Notes under the pieces: model-generated | What the model was told of the DNA's origin: nothing | The model's input: the letters and a program-made list of their open reading frames with translations, nothing else | The model's database searches: none | NCBI GenBank assembly: GCA_051294375.1 | Contig: JBJCIZ010000744.1 | Span: 334,206 to 398,205, forward strand | Origin: Paraspadella gotoi | Taxonomy: Eukaryota > Animalia > Chaetognatha | Length of the DNA: 64,000 bases | Reading direction: 5' to 3' | Part shown: piece by piece, positions 1-36,468 of the stretch | Layout: every line of letters starts with the position of its first letter | How positions within the stretch are numbered: the stretch's first letter is position 1 | Translations under genes and position numbers: made by a program

Positions 1-1321
1 GTCATTATTTCTCTCTCGGTCCCGTTGCAACGCCCTGTCATTTTCGTACGTTTACTGTTTAGGAATTTGTGTACGAATTTTATTCGGTTTAGAAACCATT
101 TATTGAAATCAACGTCGCCCCGCCCTGTCCGAAACCGGCCTTTTTACGGGGTTTTTTCGCGACTGATATTGTCACGATTTTCTTTTTTTGCTACAATTTT
201 AATGACCAAGAATAGACGTTTGGACCGTTCTGGAACTCGCGTTTTACTCCTTTACTTAGAGATATAGTCAGCCGAAACTTTTGTCAAAAACCCTTTTTCG
301 ACGGGCGGACAACGAACGTTCAAGGAACCGCAAGCGTGGAGACTCAACGTCTTACAAGAGTGCAGAGAGAGAGAAAGAGAGCAAGTAAGCTGTCCAGACA
401 AAAGAATTGAGTAAAGAAAAGTCGTAAGGAGTAAGAACAGCTAAAGTAAGTTACAGGTAGGAGACAGACGAGAGAGTGATAGAAATAAAGTCATGGTCAT
501 TTGAGACTCAGTATGGAAACAATGTTTGGAGAAAAGAATAAGACCGAAACATGTCCTTTATAAAAATAAAATTTGTTGGGTTTGTAAACAAAACAAACTA
601 TAATTTCAAGTTAACAGTACCAAAATGGTTGTGAGCAAAAACAAAAAAAACTGATGAACTGTATCTCTCTTCTGTCTTAATACCTTTTTTGTCATTTCTT
701 TACTGTTTCACTATCTTTCAGATTAAGTTAAGAAACCTTTATTTTAATTAGTATTTTTCATGTTGATTTTTATTGGTTAATATTATTTTTTTTATCCTGT
801 CAGCTAATCAAAACGATACATATAGCTTTTTAATTTGATTTTATATTTATTTATTTAAATTTTTAATTAAGATTAATAAGTTTTTATTAAATTAAAATAT
901 TACTGTGAACGTAATCTCATTTGCCATATGGAGTAACCCGATTTTATATTACTAACCTTTTTGGCTTTGGTGGACAAAAAATTGTTCTATCTCAAAATCT
1001 CTAATTTTTGCGTACCAAGGTAATATTCCCAAAGTTTTGTAAAGATATTCCAACCCATCCTATAGGAAGCTTCCAGGCTACTACTGCGTAATTGAAAAAA
1101 TTATTATAAATTTTTTAATACATAAATGTTCATTAGTATAATGTTGTTCGTTCCTTACTTTTTAGAATTTTAATTAAGGTTAAATTTAAAAATTTTACAC
1201 GCCTTACTATGTAATATATCATTATTTTAATCATTAATTAAAATATGACATACGAGTCATACCATTTACTATTTACACTGGAGATTCTAATTTCACNNNN
1301 NNNNNNNNNNNNNNNNNNNNN

Positions 1322-2947
1322 ATGTTCGTTTAAAAAATAAAATTTGTTGTTTGTAAACAAACAACAAACTTTCACTATGTTTGAATCATATCAAAATACT
1401 TACTTATCAAAATAGCAAGGATTCTTGGAGGTTAATAAAAAGTGAGGGTAAATCTTTCATTTGTCATGGGTAAGGATCTGTTTTGTCAAATTCTAACTTT
1501 TATTACTTTACACTATTATAAAGCCTTTATCCAAAAAATTTAGTTTTTGCTCAATCTGTGTCTTTTACTCTATTTTTCTTCTCTCGGTCCGCCCCCCCAA
1601 TCTTGTCGGGCATTCACTTATATGTGGAGAAGGAAGACGAGAGTGAGGCCGATCTCCAAGACCTGATCCTTGACTCGGGGATGAAGAGGAGGGGACGACG
1701 AAGGGAGAGAAGGAGAGGTGGGGAGAAAAGACCCGCAGGGAAAAAGGAGCTGACGGTAGGGTGAGCCTCTATTCTGTCTTTTTTTTAGATTTTTGTACCA
1801 ATGAACTTTGTCGTCCTATAACTTTTCAAAGCTTTGCTCGATTTTATTTGGACTCGGACAAATCGCTTCATCTTTCAATAAGCTTTATTTTATGTTTCTA
1901 TATCTTTATCGGTAATTAAATAATTAATAATTAATTAATATTATTCAAGTTAATTAATTATTTAATTAATTAATAATTAATTTATTCAAGTTAATTATTT
2001 AATTAATTAGGGCAATTAATTAATTAATTTGATCCGAAATGTTTGTTTTGATTGTTTAATTGACTGATTAATTTATTGATTAATTAATTGACTAATTGAT
2101 TAATAACTGATTAATTATTTAATTAATTAATACATCTTGCATTTACATTTAAAATAAAAAGAAAAAAGAAGCATAATCAATTAGTGAAATAGTTCTTTGT
2201 TTTTTCCATTAAACTATTTCCACCTCAAACGATTCCATCGAAACTTGATTTCCAGTTTAATCGCACACTTTTCTACCCAAATACAAAATTTCAAGTCAAA
2301 TCGCCCCATCCAACTCATGAGTATTTGGTTGTTCAAATAGTGAAAATATATTTTTTTTTGTTTTTCCATTTAAACTCATTTCCACTCGGACGATTCCTTC
2401 ATTAACAGCCATCAATACACACCACTTTTCCTTTACCCACACACAAAATTCCATTTCAATCCATCCATCCAATCACGAGTAATTGGTGTTTTTGCAAGTG
2501 GGGAACGGACGACGGACGGACGGGACGGAACGGACGGGACAGACAGACAGACAGTAACGAACGGACGGTACCGGACATCTTTTTTTTTTTGCATAATTTA
2601 TCATAATTCGATGTTCTGGACATGATATATAACGATGTGAATGGCCCGGACAAGATTGGGGGGGCGGACCGAGAGAATGAAAAATAGAGTAAATGACACA
2701 GATTGAAGCAAAAACCTAAATTTTTTGGAATAAAGGCTTTTATAATACGTGCTAAAAAGTATAAAAGTTAGAATTTGACAAAAACAGATCCTTACCCATG
2801 ACAAATGAATAGATTTTACCCCTCACTTTTTATTAACCTACAAGAATCCTTGCTATTTGATAAGTAAGTATTTTTGATATGATTCAAAACCATAGTTGAA
2901 GTTTGTTGTTTGTTACCAAACAACAAATTTTATTTTTTAACGAACAT
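1322..2947. repeat. ~300-bp inverted repeat pair (1322-1620 / 2637-2947) with many indel differences, next to a 25-N gap; probably an assembly or long-read artefact
   Basis: 1322 atgttcgtttaaaaaataaaatttgttg... is the reverse complement of ...caacaaattttattttttaacgaacat at 2947; the differences are mostly 1-nt indels. Confidence 0.7.
2090..2660 (+). mobile_element. Helentron/DINE-like non-autonomous repeat (second copy ~42540-43075)
   Basis: Shares taatacatcttgcatttacattt...ccatttaaactcatttccact...aaatttca...(ggac)n...gcataatttatcataattcg...gtgaatgcccgaca with 42560-42930; a GGAC/GTCC microsatellite is typical of DINE-1/HINE elements. Confidence 0.55.
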
Positions 2948-3063
2948 GTTTTTGACTCTTTTTTAAGAATCTTCCATTTAGCGCCAATGCGGAAATTATA
3001 AATTTTCTAGTCCTAACATTATGATGAAGGAGAGAGGGAGAGAGAAGAGAGAGATGAGTAGAG

Positions 3064-3094
<31 letters not shown>

Positions 3095-4759
3095 CAGAGA
3101 GAGAGAGAGTTAGAGAGAGAGAGAGAGAAAGAATCCAACATAGATATTGAGTAAAAGGAATAGTGTTAAGGTTGAGTGACATCTGAAGTAAGGAAAGCGA
3201 GAGGACAGGAGAGAGAGTGAAAGAGAAACGAAGTAAGGCATTTGATAGTAAGTAGGAAACAATTTTTGGAGGCGAGAAAAACAATGAAGTACTCGAAAAA
3301 AAATATAAAAATCTATTGTTTGTAACAAACAACAATAACAACCAAAATATATTCAAATAAAACAGTACTAAATGGCTTGTAAGCAAAAACAAAAACTGAT
3401 TGAACTGCTATCTCCTCTTGTCTTTAAATAGCTTTTGTCATTTCTTTCATCTCTCAACTATCACCTAATCATTATCTTTTTCAAGATTAAGTTACAAGAA
3501 ATCTTCATCATCAATAGTGATAATTTTCATGTTGCTTTTTATCGCTAATATTATTTTTTTTATCCCGCCTCATCAACCTCTGTTCAACAAAAAAGTGAGC
3601 AAATCCGCGCGGGTATGCACAGCTCCGTCACCAAGGACGTCGTTTCTTTTTGGAAGGTCTTATTCTTCGCCGACGAACCGTCAACGGCTACACCGGAATC
3701 CGGAGTAGTCGGAACTCGAGGTTCAAAATCCCAGTACGCTCACTTGACAGACAATCATCGACACCGAATACGGGAGTCGAGTTCTGTCTTGCGCCTTCCT
3801 TATACGAGACAAGGAGAAGTTTACGTGATAATCACAGCGTCAAGGATTAAACTCGAGACGAACATGGTCTCCCATCGACATCGTCTGTCTCGTCGTCGCT
3901 ACGGACGAATCGAGGGCCAGCCACACCGAAGCCCCAGTCAATCAATATTGGATTGGCCTCCACTACAGGAACATCCGAAAACCTTCGTCTTTGTCTACAC
4001 GAGGCGGGAGGAAATTTTGACCGTGGTCGGAGCTGGAGAGAAAAAATCTGCTGCCGATGGAGAGATGCTGGACGTGAACACACCAACACCCTCACCCTGA
4101 ATCTCGGACCAGCACCTCCGACCACGAAGTGGCATCGAGCTGGCCTTCACCACGGAGATTTCGCCCGCGCGCTTCTAGATCAGAATCCAAACGTATCGAG
4201 AAAAAGTTCGGTCGCTGCTATTTCACTCAGCGGGAAAATCGGATCAAGATTCATAGAAGAGTCTGCGTCCATTTTTGTGAATCGAAGAATCCTTATAATA
4301 GATTGTCTCCGCAAAATTATCCACAATTCTAGCTACAACAGAATTTAGAATTGGCGTTTTTTCATATTTTATTTATTGTTTTTGTTATTCTGCAGTGAAC
4401 CTTGCGTTGTCGGGTTACTAACTTATGATTTTCTGTATCTCAAATCAAATTTTCTCTGTTTTCTCGAATCTAATTCTTTTTTCAACTTTTCGTTTTCTTT
4501 ATAAATCCTTGCGAACAATTTAGCTCGGCATGAGTTTATTTTATAGCATCTAGACATTTTTTTTTTCCTTTCTTTTTGATGTGAGATAAGAATCAGGGAA
4601 TTTTTTTTTTAATATATAACAAACGTATAAAATTTTTTATACGGCAAACGAGGCACATGCTTCGGCTTAATATAGCCTCATTCAGCGCAACAAGAGTTCG
4701 TTGAGAAAAAAAGAGGGATGAGAGAGAAGAGAGGAGAGGAGACGAGAGAGAAAAGAATC

Positions 4760-5980
4760 ACCGGCAAACTACGCATTTTTTTTATTAAAACTAATACGCT
4801 TTTATTGGTTTTGGCTGGGACTTACCGTTTTTTTTTAAATAAAAATTATTATGGAATTTGATAAAGTTTTACCAAAGTGTGCGATCATAGGTAAGTTAAA
4901 AATTTAGATATGGCTTCTTCATCTTGAAATAAGCTTGATATTTTCTTATTACATTTGGATTTAAGTATTTTTGTTTGAATTTCCACTTCATATTATGATT
5001 TACTGCAATCTGCAAATAGTATTATCAGTACTCATTATAATATCCAACCTAAGTAGAATATTACGTCCAAATGCTTAATCTAATTTACATATTGCTTTCA
5101 AGTAATGTCTATAAATTCTGTAAGATGAAATTTTCCAAAAAAATTTTAAATCGTATAATTAAAAATGGGAAATCCAAGGACCTTTTAATGAGAAGCTATA
5201 TCTTAATTTTAATACAAATAAAAATAAAATCTTTTACAAGCTATGATTAGAAAAAATTGTAACAATTTCCAATTGTAAACAATTGTAACATTTTTTTTTC
5301 CTTTCTTTTATTCTTTAATTATATATGTATCTTCTTCCTATTTTTGTCAGTTCTGGCTCTTTCTGACCCTTTAAAAACGAGTTCAGGCTTTGCAGTGATT
5401 GGTACAACTGTCTTCCAGCGGCTGTTCAGCTTTCTCTCTTTCTCTCTCTGTTTTGTCCTGTCTCTTTCTTCTTTCTGTCTCTCTCTGTCTCTCTCTCTCT
5501 GTCTCTGTCTCTCTCTCTCTCTTTGTACGATCTTCTTGCGTGAATCGTTTTTGAAAAATTTGATATTTTTTTTCCTTTTAAAAACTTTATTATCGCCATT
5601 TATTCTGCGCTTTTTTCTCTAATGCAAAATCCCCAAATTACATCCGAGATTTTCGTGGATTTATTTCTCTTCTTTCTTTCTCTCTCTCTCTTTCTCTCTC
5701 TATTTCACTCATACACGCATTTGTTTGTTTTATTATGATGAATGATTCATTGCGTCAACGAATGACTATCATCGCATCAATGAATGACATCATCGTATCA
5801 ATGAATGATTATATCACATCAATGAATGACTATCATCGCATCAATCATTTGGTTATTATCACATAAATCATCTGGTTCATCACATCGATCATTTGGTTAT
5901 CATCGCCATCATTATGGTTATCATCGCATCAATATTTGGTTATCATTGAAGGTAGGCGAGATCCTATTCTTTAAGATTTT
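4760..5980 (+). mobile_element. Dispersed repeat with internal ~20-23-bp tandem array (atcatcgcatcaatcatttggtt); Helentron/DINE-like
   Basis: Homologous to 6490-8015 (inverted) and 55440-56330 (direct); the 8-kb copy ends in a GC hairpin atcgagcct-gaaccggcttcgccggt-aggctcgat (7978-8012) followed by an A-run. Confidence 0.6.
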
Positions 5981-6192
5981 TTATTATCTTATCACATCAT
6001 TTCTCTTCGACAACGCCATCTCCTTAATTCACTCTCACCTCTTTTCGCCATTCACAAATCTTAAAATATTCACATTATTCGTCGCAACCTTTCTCGACCC
6101 TTTCACCCTGCCCACCTACCAGAACCCCGATCCCCATCCCTTCCCCACCCAATCCCCCAATCCATCCCCTCCAATCCCCAATCCATCCTCAC

Positions 6193-6318
6193 CGGCTTCT
6201 TCCAAGTCGACGCGACAGCTTGGTAGCAACTCGTCCCTTCGGCAACGAGTACTTCGCACACGTAAGTCCCGAGTCAGAGGACGTCAGATTCCGAAGCTGA
6301 AGGAGATTCCATCCGCTC
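6193..6318 (-). CDS. Isolated Ig-domain exon (second half of an Ig domain), frameshifted, antisense to the downstream Ig gene
   Basis: Minus strand ttctccctag|...SGWNLLQLRNLTSSDSG/TYVCEVLV...|gtgaggatgg; the Ig DxGxYxC motif appears if one G is added to gactcgggact. Confidence 0.55.
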
Positions 6319-6489
6319 CTAGGGAGAACGCGATCCGCGTAGCCTTCGCGGGGGGGGGTNNNNNNNNNNNNNNNNNNNNNNNNNTCTCCCCTTTTATGTA
6401 CCTTTATTCTTTTTCCCTTTTACCAATATTCATCCTTACCTTACTTACCTTTTCCCCGGACGATAGCATAGTTAGATCCTTACCATAGA

Positions 6490-8015
6490 AAGATACATAC
6501 CTTTAGAGAAAGAATTAGTTTTTGTCAAAAAGTCAATAATTTTTTCATATTAAAAATGTTTATAATATGAAATTGGTTGAACAAATTCAGCATAGAATAT
6601 TTCTAGGGATAGATTTTAATTATTTTTAACCTAAAGCAAATTAAAATAAGTAAGGAAACTATATAAATAGGATCTCGCCTACATTCAATGATAACCAAAT
6701 ATTGATGCTATGATAAACAAAGGATTGATGCGATGATAACCAAATGATTGATGCGATGATAATCAAATATTGATGCGATGATAACCAATAATTGATGCGA
6801 TGATAACCAAATGATCGATGGGATGATAACCGATTGATTGTTGTGATAATAACCAAATGATTGATGCGATGATAGTCATTCNNNNNNNNNNNNNNNNNNN
6901 NNNNNNNNNNNNNNNNNNNNNNNNNNNNNNNNNNNNNNNNNNNNNNNNNNNNNNNNNNNNNNNNNNNNNNNNNNNNNNNNNNNNNNNNNNNNNNNNNNNN
7001 NNNNNNNNNNNNNNNNNNNNNNNNNNNNNNNNNNNNNNNNNNNNNNNNNNNNNNNNNNNNNNNNNNNNNNNNNNNNNNNNNNNNNNNNNNNNNNNNNNNN
7101 NNNNNNNNNNNNNNNNNNNNNNNNNNNNNNNNNNNNNNNNNNNNNNNNNNNNNNNNNNNNNNNNNNNNNNNNNNNNNNNNNNNNNNNNNNNNNNNNNNNN
7201 NNNNNNNNNNNNNNNNNNNNNNNNNNNNNNNNNNNNNNNNNNNNNNNNNNNNNNNNNNNNNNNNNNNNNNNNNNNNNNNNNNNNNNNNNNNNNNNNNNNN
7301 NNNNNNNNNNNNNNNNNNNNNNNNNNNNNNNNNNNNNNNNNNNNNNNNNNNNNNNNNNNNNNNNNAGCAGCAACTGACAAAAATAGGAAAAAAAATTTAT
7401 ATATAATTTAAAGAAACAAAAGAAAGGAAAAAAATGTTACAATTGTTTACAATTAAAAATCTTGAAAATTTTTTCCAATCATAGCTTGTAAAAGATTTTA
7501 TTTTTATTTGTATTAAAATTAAGATATAGCTTCTCATTAAAAAGGTCCTTTGATTTCCCATTTTTATTATAGATTTTAAAAAAATATTTTGAATTTAATC
7601 TTCAATATTATATACGGCAATATGTAAATTAGATTAAAGCATTTCTATATACTAATTTGGATATTATAATGAGTACTATAATCTCATTTGCATATTGCAG
7701 TAAATCATAATGAAGTGGAAATTCAAACAAAAAATACTTGAATCCAAATGTAATATGACAATTTCAGAGCTATTTCAAGATGAGAAGCCATATCTAAATT
7801 TTTAACTTACTATGATCGCACATTTTATAAAACTTCATTGTAATTTATAATAATTTTTATTTAAAAAAAAGGGGTAAGTCACAACCAAAACTATAAAAGC
7901 GGAGTAGTTTTTATATAAAAATGCGTGACGCCGACGACGACGACGACGACGTTACAAAGAAGCTCACCCGAATCGATATCGAGCCTGAACCGGCTTCGCC
8001 GGTAGGCTCGATGAT
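6490..8015 (-). mobile_element. Inverted copy of the 4760-5980 repeat, interrupted by the N gap 6882-7365
   Basis: 7370-7930 is the reverse complement of ~4770-5355; 6665-6880 is the reverse complement of the tandem array at 5760-5970. Confidence 0.65.
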
Positions 8016-8311
8016 AAAAAGTAATAATTTAATGTAAATATAAAATTATAAATGTAATATATGCACAGTGAAAGTATCTTTAAAACGTCTTTGTTAATCT
8101 AGCGCTGAAAAAATCTTTGAAATATCTGGCAAATATTTTAAACTTTTAATCTATGTCTTATGACCTATATTGTAAGTTATCTTATCATACAGCATATCAA
8201 ACTAAATATTTTCACCACAGTCAAAACCGACTCTTACGTTCTTCCCTTTCCCCCCCTAAACCCTGCCTGATTCTTTCTCCCTTTCTCCCCCTGCAACCGA
8301 CCCGACCACAG

Positions 8312-31663
<23,352 letters not shown>

Positions 31664-31940
31664 AAAAAACAAAGGACAAAAGCGAATACGAATTAAAAAA
31701 TGCGGTTTTTTTGTTGTTTTTTTTTATGACGACAGGAACAAAGGAAACAAAACAGCGGCAAAAAAAACCCCATCCCATCCAACGACTACCGATCTGAACT
31801 CTCTCTACCTCCCCCCTATTCTTCTTCCCCCTATTCTTCTTCCCCCTAGATCCTTCTTCCTCTAACCCCCAATTTTCGAATTAAGAGAAGATCTCAGATT
31901 TTATGGTTAGAGTAAAGTTCAATGTTTCGAAGCTTATATT

Positions 31941-32699
31941 CAGGGGTGGGACCATATATCGAGACAAAACCTAAGGTCCAGGGCGTTGTGGATGTTTTCA
32001 AATCATTTAGTCATTTTTATACGCGCACCTTACATTGCATAGTATAAAAGCTATACATGTTAATATTTTTCAGTGGTCGTTTCTGAATATTATAGTGGTA
32101 TGTCTTCTCTTTAATTTCTTCTAATTTCATATTTTCATAACCATCCAAAATTAAATTATTTTAAACTTCTATAAGGTAAGTAAAACAAATTTTAAAAATA
32201 TTTTAAGGAATAAGCTTAAATCGTCAAATACTTGATGTATTTTTTGCTGACTTGACTCTTTTATCATGCATTCTGAAATCTGACATGATTAATTTACATA
32301 TCTGTCAATATCTTAATTAAATGTTTAAATAAAGGTCAGTTTTAATAAAAATTAGATTTTAATAGTAACTTACCCGAACCTTACTTACTTACCTCAACAT
32401 TTTTTTGACAAAAATGTAATGTATACCATGCTAAAAGTGTTCTTATACTATAAATACGCATTTTCTTTAATAATTTTATCTGGCATGTTTTTAGAATGGG
32501 ATTAAACAATAAATAGTCAAACATTTTTCTTCCAAACCGCGCGGAGAAAACAAAGCAGTTGCCTTTGCTTCATCAAAATAAGCATTATAAAAGCTAAGAA
32601 AGAGCATAATTTGAATCTTTATTTAGATTTCGAAAATCTTTAACAGTTTTAGCGTGATGATTTTTTTAAATTTTGTCTCGATCTATGGTCCCACCCCTG
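31941..32699. mobile_element. Tc1/mariner-type MITE with 29-bp TIRs
   Basis: CAGGGGTGGGACCATATATCGAGACAAAA at 31941; its reverse complement with 1 mismatch ends at 32699, followed by TA; no ORF. Confidence 0.85.
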
Positions 32700-33470
32700 T
32701 ACATATATATATATACAGTTAAATGTAGACCAGTCGCGTCTTCCAAGGGCCGATAAGGAGAAAAGAAAAGTTTAATTAGTCACAATCAATTGTTTTTTTT
32801 TATACGAAGCCCGATATCACCGAGAAGGTTTCCCCGCGTTTTGTATAGTGTTGTTGTACAGTATTTTATTTTTACCAAAATTATTTATTCCAAAAGATCA
32901 CGAGTATGAATATGAACTTACCGTACATGGGATTATATTTAAAAACGACATCTGTATATATTAATCATTGTGAATCGAATTAACGCGCCGAGTTGGTCTC
33001 TCAATCAGCCAATCATCACGCTGATTTTCGTCTCTCATCAGCCAATCATCGCGCTGATTTCGTTTCGTAGCGCCATCCGTTTTTAAATTCTTTTATATTT
33101 TAACCTTAATCAACATTGTCATCGTCATTATCGAATAGATTAGCGACGTCGTTGTCATCGCCGCCCAGAGAAGTTTTCTGTTGTTGTCATTTTCATATTT
33201 CGCTGTGAATTAGTTTCCCCTTCTCCTTTCATGGAAAAACGATTACAGCAATGCGCATTGACATTTCTACTTTTTTTTTTTTACATTTTTTATATCGCTG
33301 TATCACAGATGGCGTTTTATCATAATTCCAAAATCGCGCCATTTTTTTATCGACAAAAAACAAAAGTCATTCCCTTCAATGTCATTAAAAAACGTGTCGG
33401 TGTTAAAATGCGAACAAAAAATGATGAAGAATCATATCAAGTTTCGTGGTTAAAAATAAAATTGAGAATA

Positions 33471-33602
<132 letters not shown>

Positions 33603-34039
33603 TCCCTTACATTTGTCTATATTTATTCTGTTTTAATCTTCATACATACATAACACTACAAACAGCTTGTTTTTTTTGAAAGTCGAAACCGCTAAGAAAG
33701 ACTCATCCAGTGTCGCACTTAACGTTGTTTACAAAACATTAGTGCAATCACCGACAACAAATCATGCAATCACCGACAACAAATCATGCAATCACCGACT
33801 TTATTCCAAAATTTCATATCAATCAACGTGTTTTTTTTAATTTGCATGAATCTGGAAAAAAAATATAAATAAATAAAGCGGCAAAAAAAAACCGGAACAT
33901 CTCATCTTCACATTATATCGAAATTTTTACAAACAAGAACGGGCAAGTTCAAGGTGTGGAAATATTTGCACAAGAGGCAAATTATTAACTATATGGTCTA
34001 CGCATTGACTATCTGGACACTTGATCGAATTTTCATGTG

Positions 34040-34230
34040 ATCTGTACAAGTATGGAACGTATAAACTTTAAGCATCTCATAGTGCACAAACTTTCGACCC
34101 AGGAATTTCCAAAATGATGCAATGGTCAAGTTAAGAGTATTTAAGTGGATAAATAGATAGATCGACCAACCGACCGACCGAAAGTGACTTATAGAGTTGC
34201 TCCGCGAGTACTCGCGGCGCGACTAAAAAT
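34040..34230 (+). mobile_element. 3' end of a Helentron/DINE-like element (related ends near 42950-43075 and 61560-61715)
   Basis: (ccga)n microsatellite, aaagtgacttatagagt, perfect hairpin ccgcgagtactcgcgg, then cgcgactaaaaa. Confidence 0.5.
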
Positions 34231-34894
34231 GTCTTTAAAAAACGGGTTACGATATCACGGATTATTACTCTGTCACGAATTTTGAAATGTTCTCGCAAAG
34301 GTTCGGAGCCCAGATGAGCTGGTCGGTCAGTCCATCTCTTGAATAACTAAAACAAAAACAAACTCGTTAAATAAGACACTTAATTTAGAGGCATGAAATA
34401 AAGTATTAATCAAAATTCTCTCACAAGTTATCGATTAGCAATTTTTAGTCATTTTTTTTCGCTGTTTCTTTTTCGGATCTTTTTAAAAAATTGTAATCTT
34501 AAAGATGGTTGTTCAGCGAAAGTACAAGGCCTTTGATTGAAAAGATATACCATTTGGACTGAATGATATGGTAACCTTTCATAACGGAGAAATATATTGG
34601 TACCATATAACGGTGGGGTCGTTTATTTTATTTTTTATCACGAATGAAGTTAGTTATGTAGTTGTTAGAAGTTAGTTTCCAGTAAAAAAACGTGCTATGT
34701 ATATAAACAGGTTTAAAGCTCTAAAATTTTTTAAATTTTATTTTTATGTATATGAAATCTTAGTTTAGTATTCATAGTTTTAAAATCTGGTTTAATTTTA
34801 TCTCTACTTCTTTATCTCCTCGATCTTTTGTTTCTCCTTTTAATTCTTCGTTTCCCAGCGCCATCTTCCCATTTTTCTCAAAATGAAAAAAAAA

Positions 34895-35100
34895 TTTCTC
34901 GCGTCGCGCGGGGGGCGAGACGGTCGCGAGACGGTCGCGACGGCCGCAGCCTCGGCGCGTGCCGTCTCCCCGAGGCCGCGCCTACCACGACCGCGCCGAA
35001 CGCAGCCTCGCCGGTCCCTGCCGCGCCGGACGCAGCCTCGCCAGCCTCCTGCCGCGCCGGACGCAGACTCGCCAGCCTCCTGCCGCGCCGGCACCTCCCT
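34895..35100. repeat. CpG-rich block with ~31-bp tandem units
   Basis: cctgccgcgccggacgcagcctcgccagcct repeated 3-4 times in otherwise AT-rich DNA, ~135 bp upstream of the ATG at 35235. Confidence 0.85.
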
Positions 35101-35234
35101 ATGGTCTTCCACCCTTTTCTAGTTCCGCTCGCTTTTTAAATCTGTTCCGCTGTTGATGAGAAAACAAAAGCAAATAAATTAAACAAAAGTCAAAATATCG
35201 AATTATTTTTATTTTCGCTTCCTTCACTCTCACC

Positions 35235-35595
35235 ATGAAACTTTCATGGGCGTCGATCGTTTTATTACTTTTGGTCGCGCGGACCAAAACGGCGACCACA
35301 CCGTTTCCGGGTAAGTCCGAAGGATTGAAAAGATAAGGTTTATTGAGTTTTCGTTATTTTTCGGAAAAAAATATGCGGAGAACCTATGGCTTTGGCTTTT
35401 ACGGAATATCTCTCTCTCTCTCTCTCTCCCCCAACAAAAATGTCTGCTTAAATTGTGATTTAGAAATAGCCCATGCCTATTGTCCACTAGAAGATTAGAA
35501 TTGTTCAGTTGCTTAGTAGTATTTATGAAAACTCTAGAAATCGGTTAATATTTAAAAATAATAAGATAAGGTATAAAGCTCGCACTTTCGTTTTT

Positions 35596-35655
<60 letters not shown>

Positions 35656-36419
35656 ATCGAGCCAGACGGCGAAGCCCGTCCTGGCTCTATAATAATTCAG
35701 AATTTCTTCTTCGTGGTCGTCATAGTCATGCTTTTTTATTATATAAAAACTACTACTGTTTATATAGTTTGGCTGGGCTTACAGTAAGTTAAGTTAAGTT
35801 GTATACTTTTTTCAACTTGTATACTTTTTTCAACTTGCATGCTTTTTTTAACTTTCATACTTTTTTCAACTTGCATAATTTTTTCAACTTGCATATTTTT
35901 TTCAACTTGCATAATTTTTTCAACTTGCATAATTTTTTCAACTTGCATATTTTTTTTAACTTGCATAATTTTTTTAATTTGCATAATTTTTTCAACTAGC
36001 ATAATTTTTTCAACTTGCATAATTTTTTCAACATGCAGAATTTTTTCAACTTTCAACTATCTAGTAATCAAGTTTTATTAGTGAAGCAGTGAGGAAGTTG
36101 AAATGTATGTCCATTTTTTTTGGTTTATATCAATTCAAATATTTTTTGTTTGAATTTAATTATGACTTACTGCAATATGCAAATTAGATTATAGTACTTT
36201 TTCATTAATTTTTTTTATAGTAAGGTCTGGCGAGATTATTATACTTTTAAGATTTTTTTTTGAAGTAATCCTTTCTTTTTCGTTGTTACTATTAATTAGA
36301 GAATTGACAAAGTTTTTGTTTGCAACAAATTTTATTTATAGTTGAACAAACATGTTTCGACTTGTTTTACAAGTCTTCATCAGCGTTTTGACAGAATGGT
36401 TTAAAATTTGTGCATAAGA

Positions 36420-36468
<49 letters not shown>

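Noticed and set aside
1322-2947. Large foldback transposon
   Set aside because: The arms differ mainly by scattered 1-nt indels and abut a 25-N gap, more consistent with low-accuracy gap-filling sequence.
6763-7411. Long ORFs full of X
   Set aside because: Artefacts of the N gap 6882-7365.
35760-36081. Repetitive VEKIMQ protein
   Set aside because: Translation of an intronic 18-bp minisatellite with no splice or start context.
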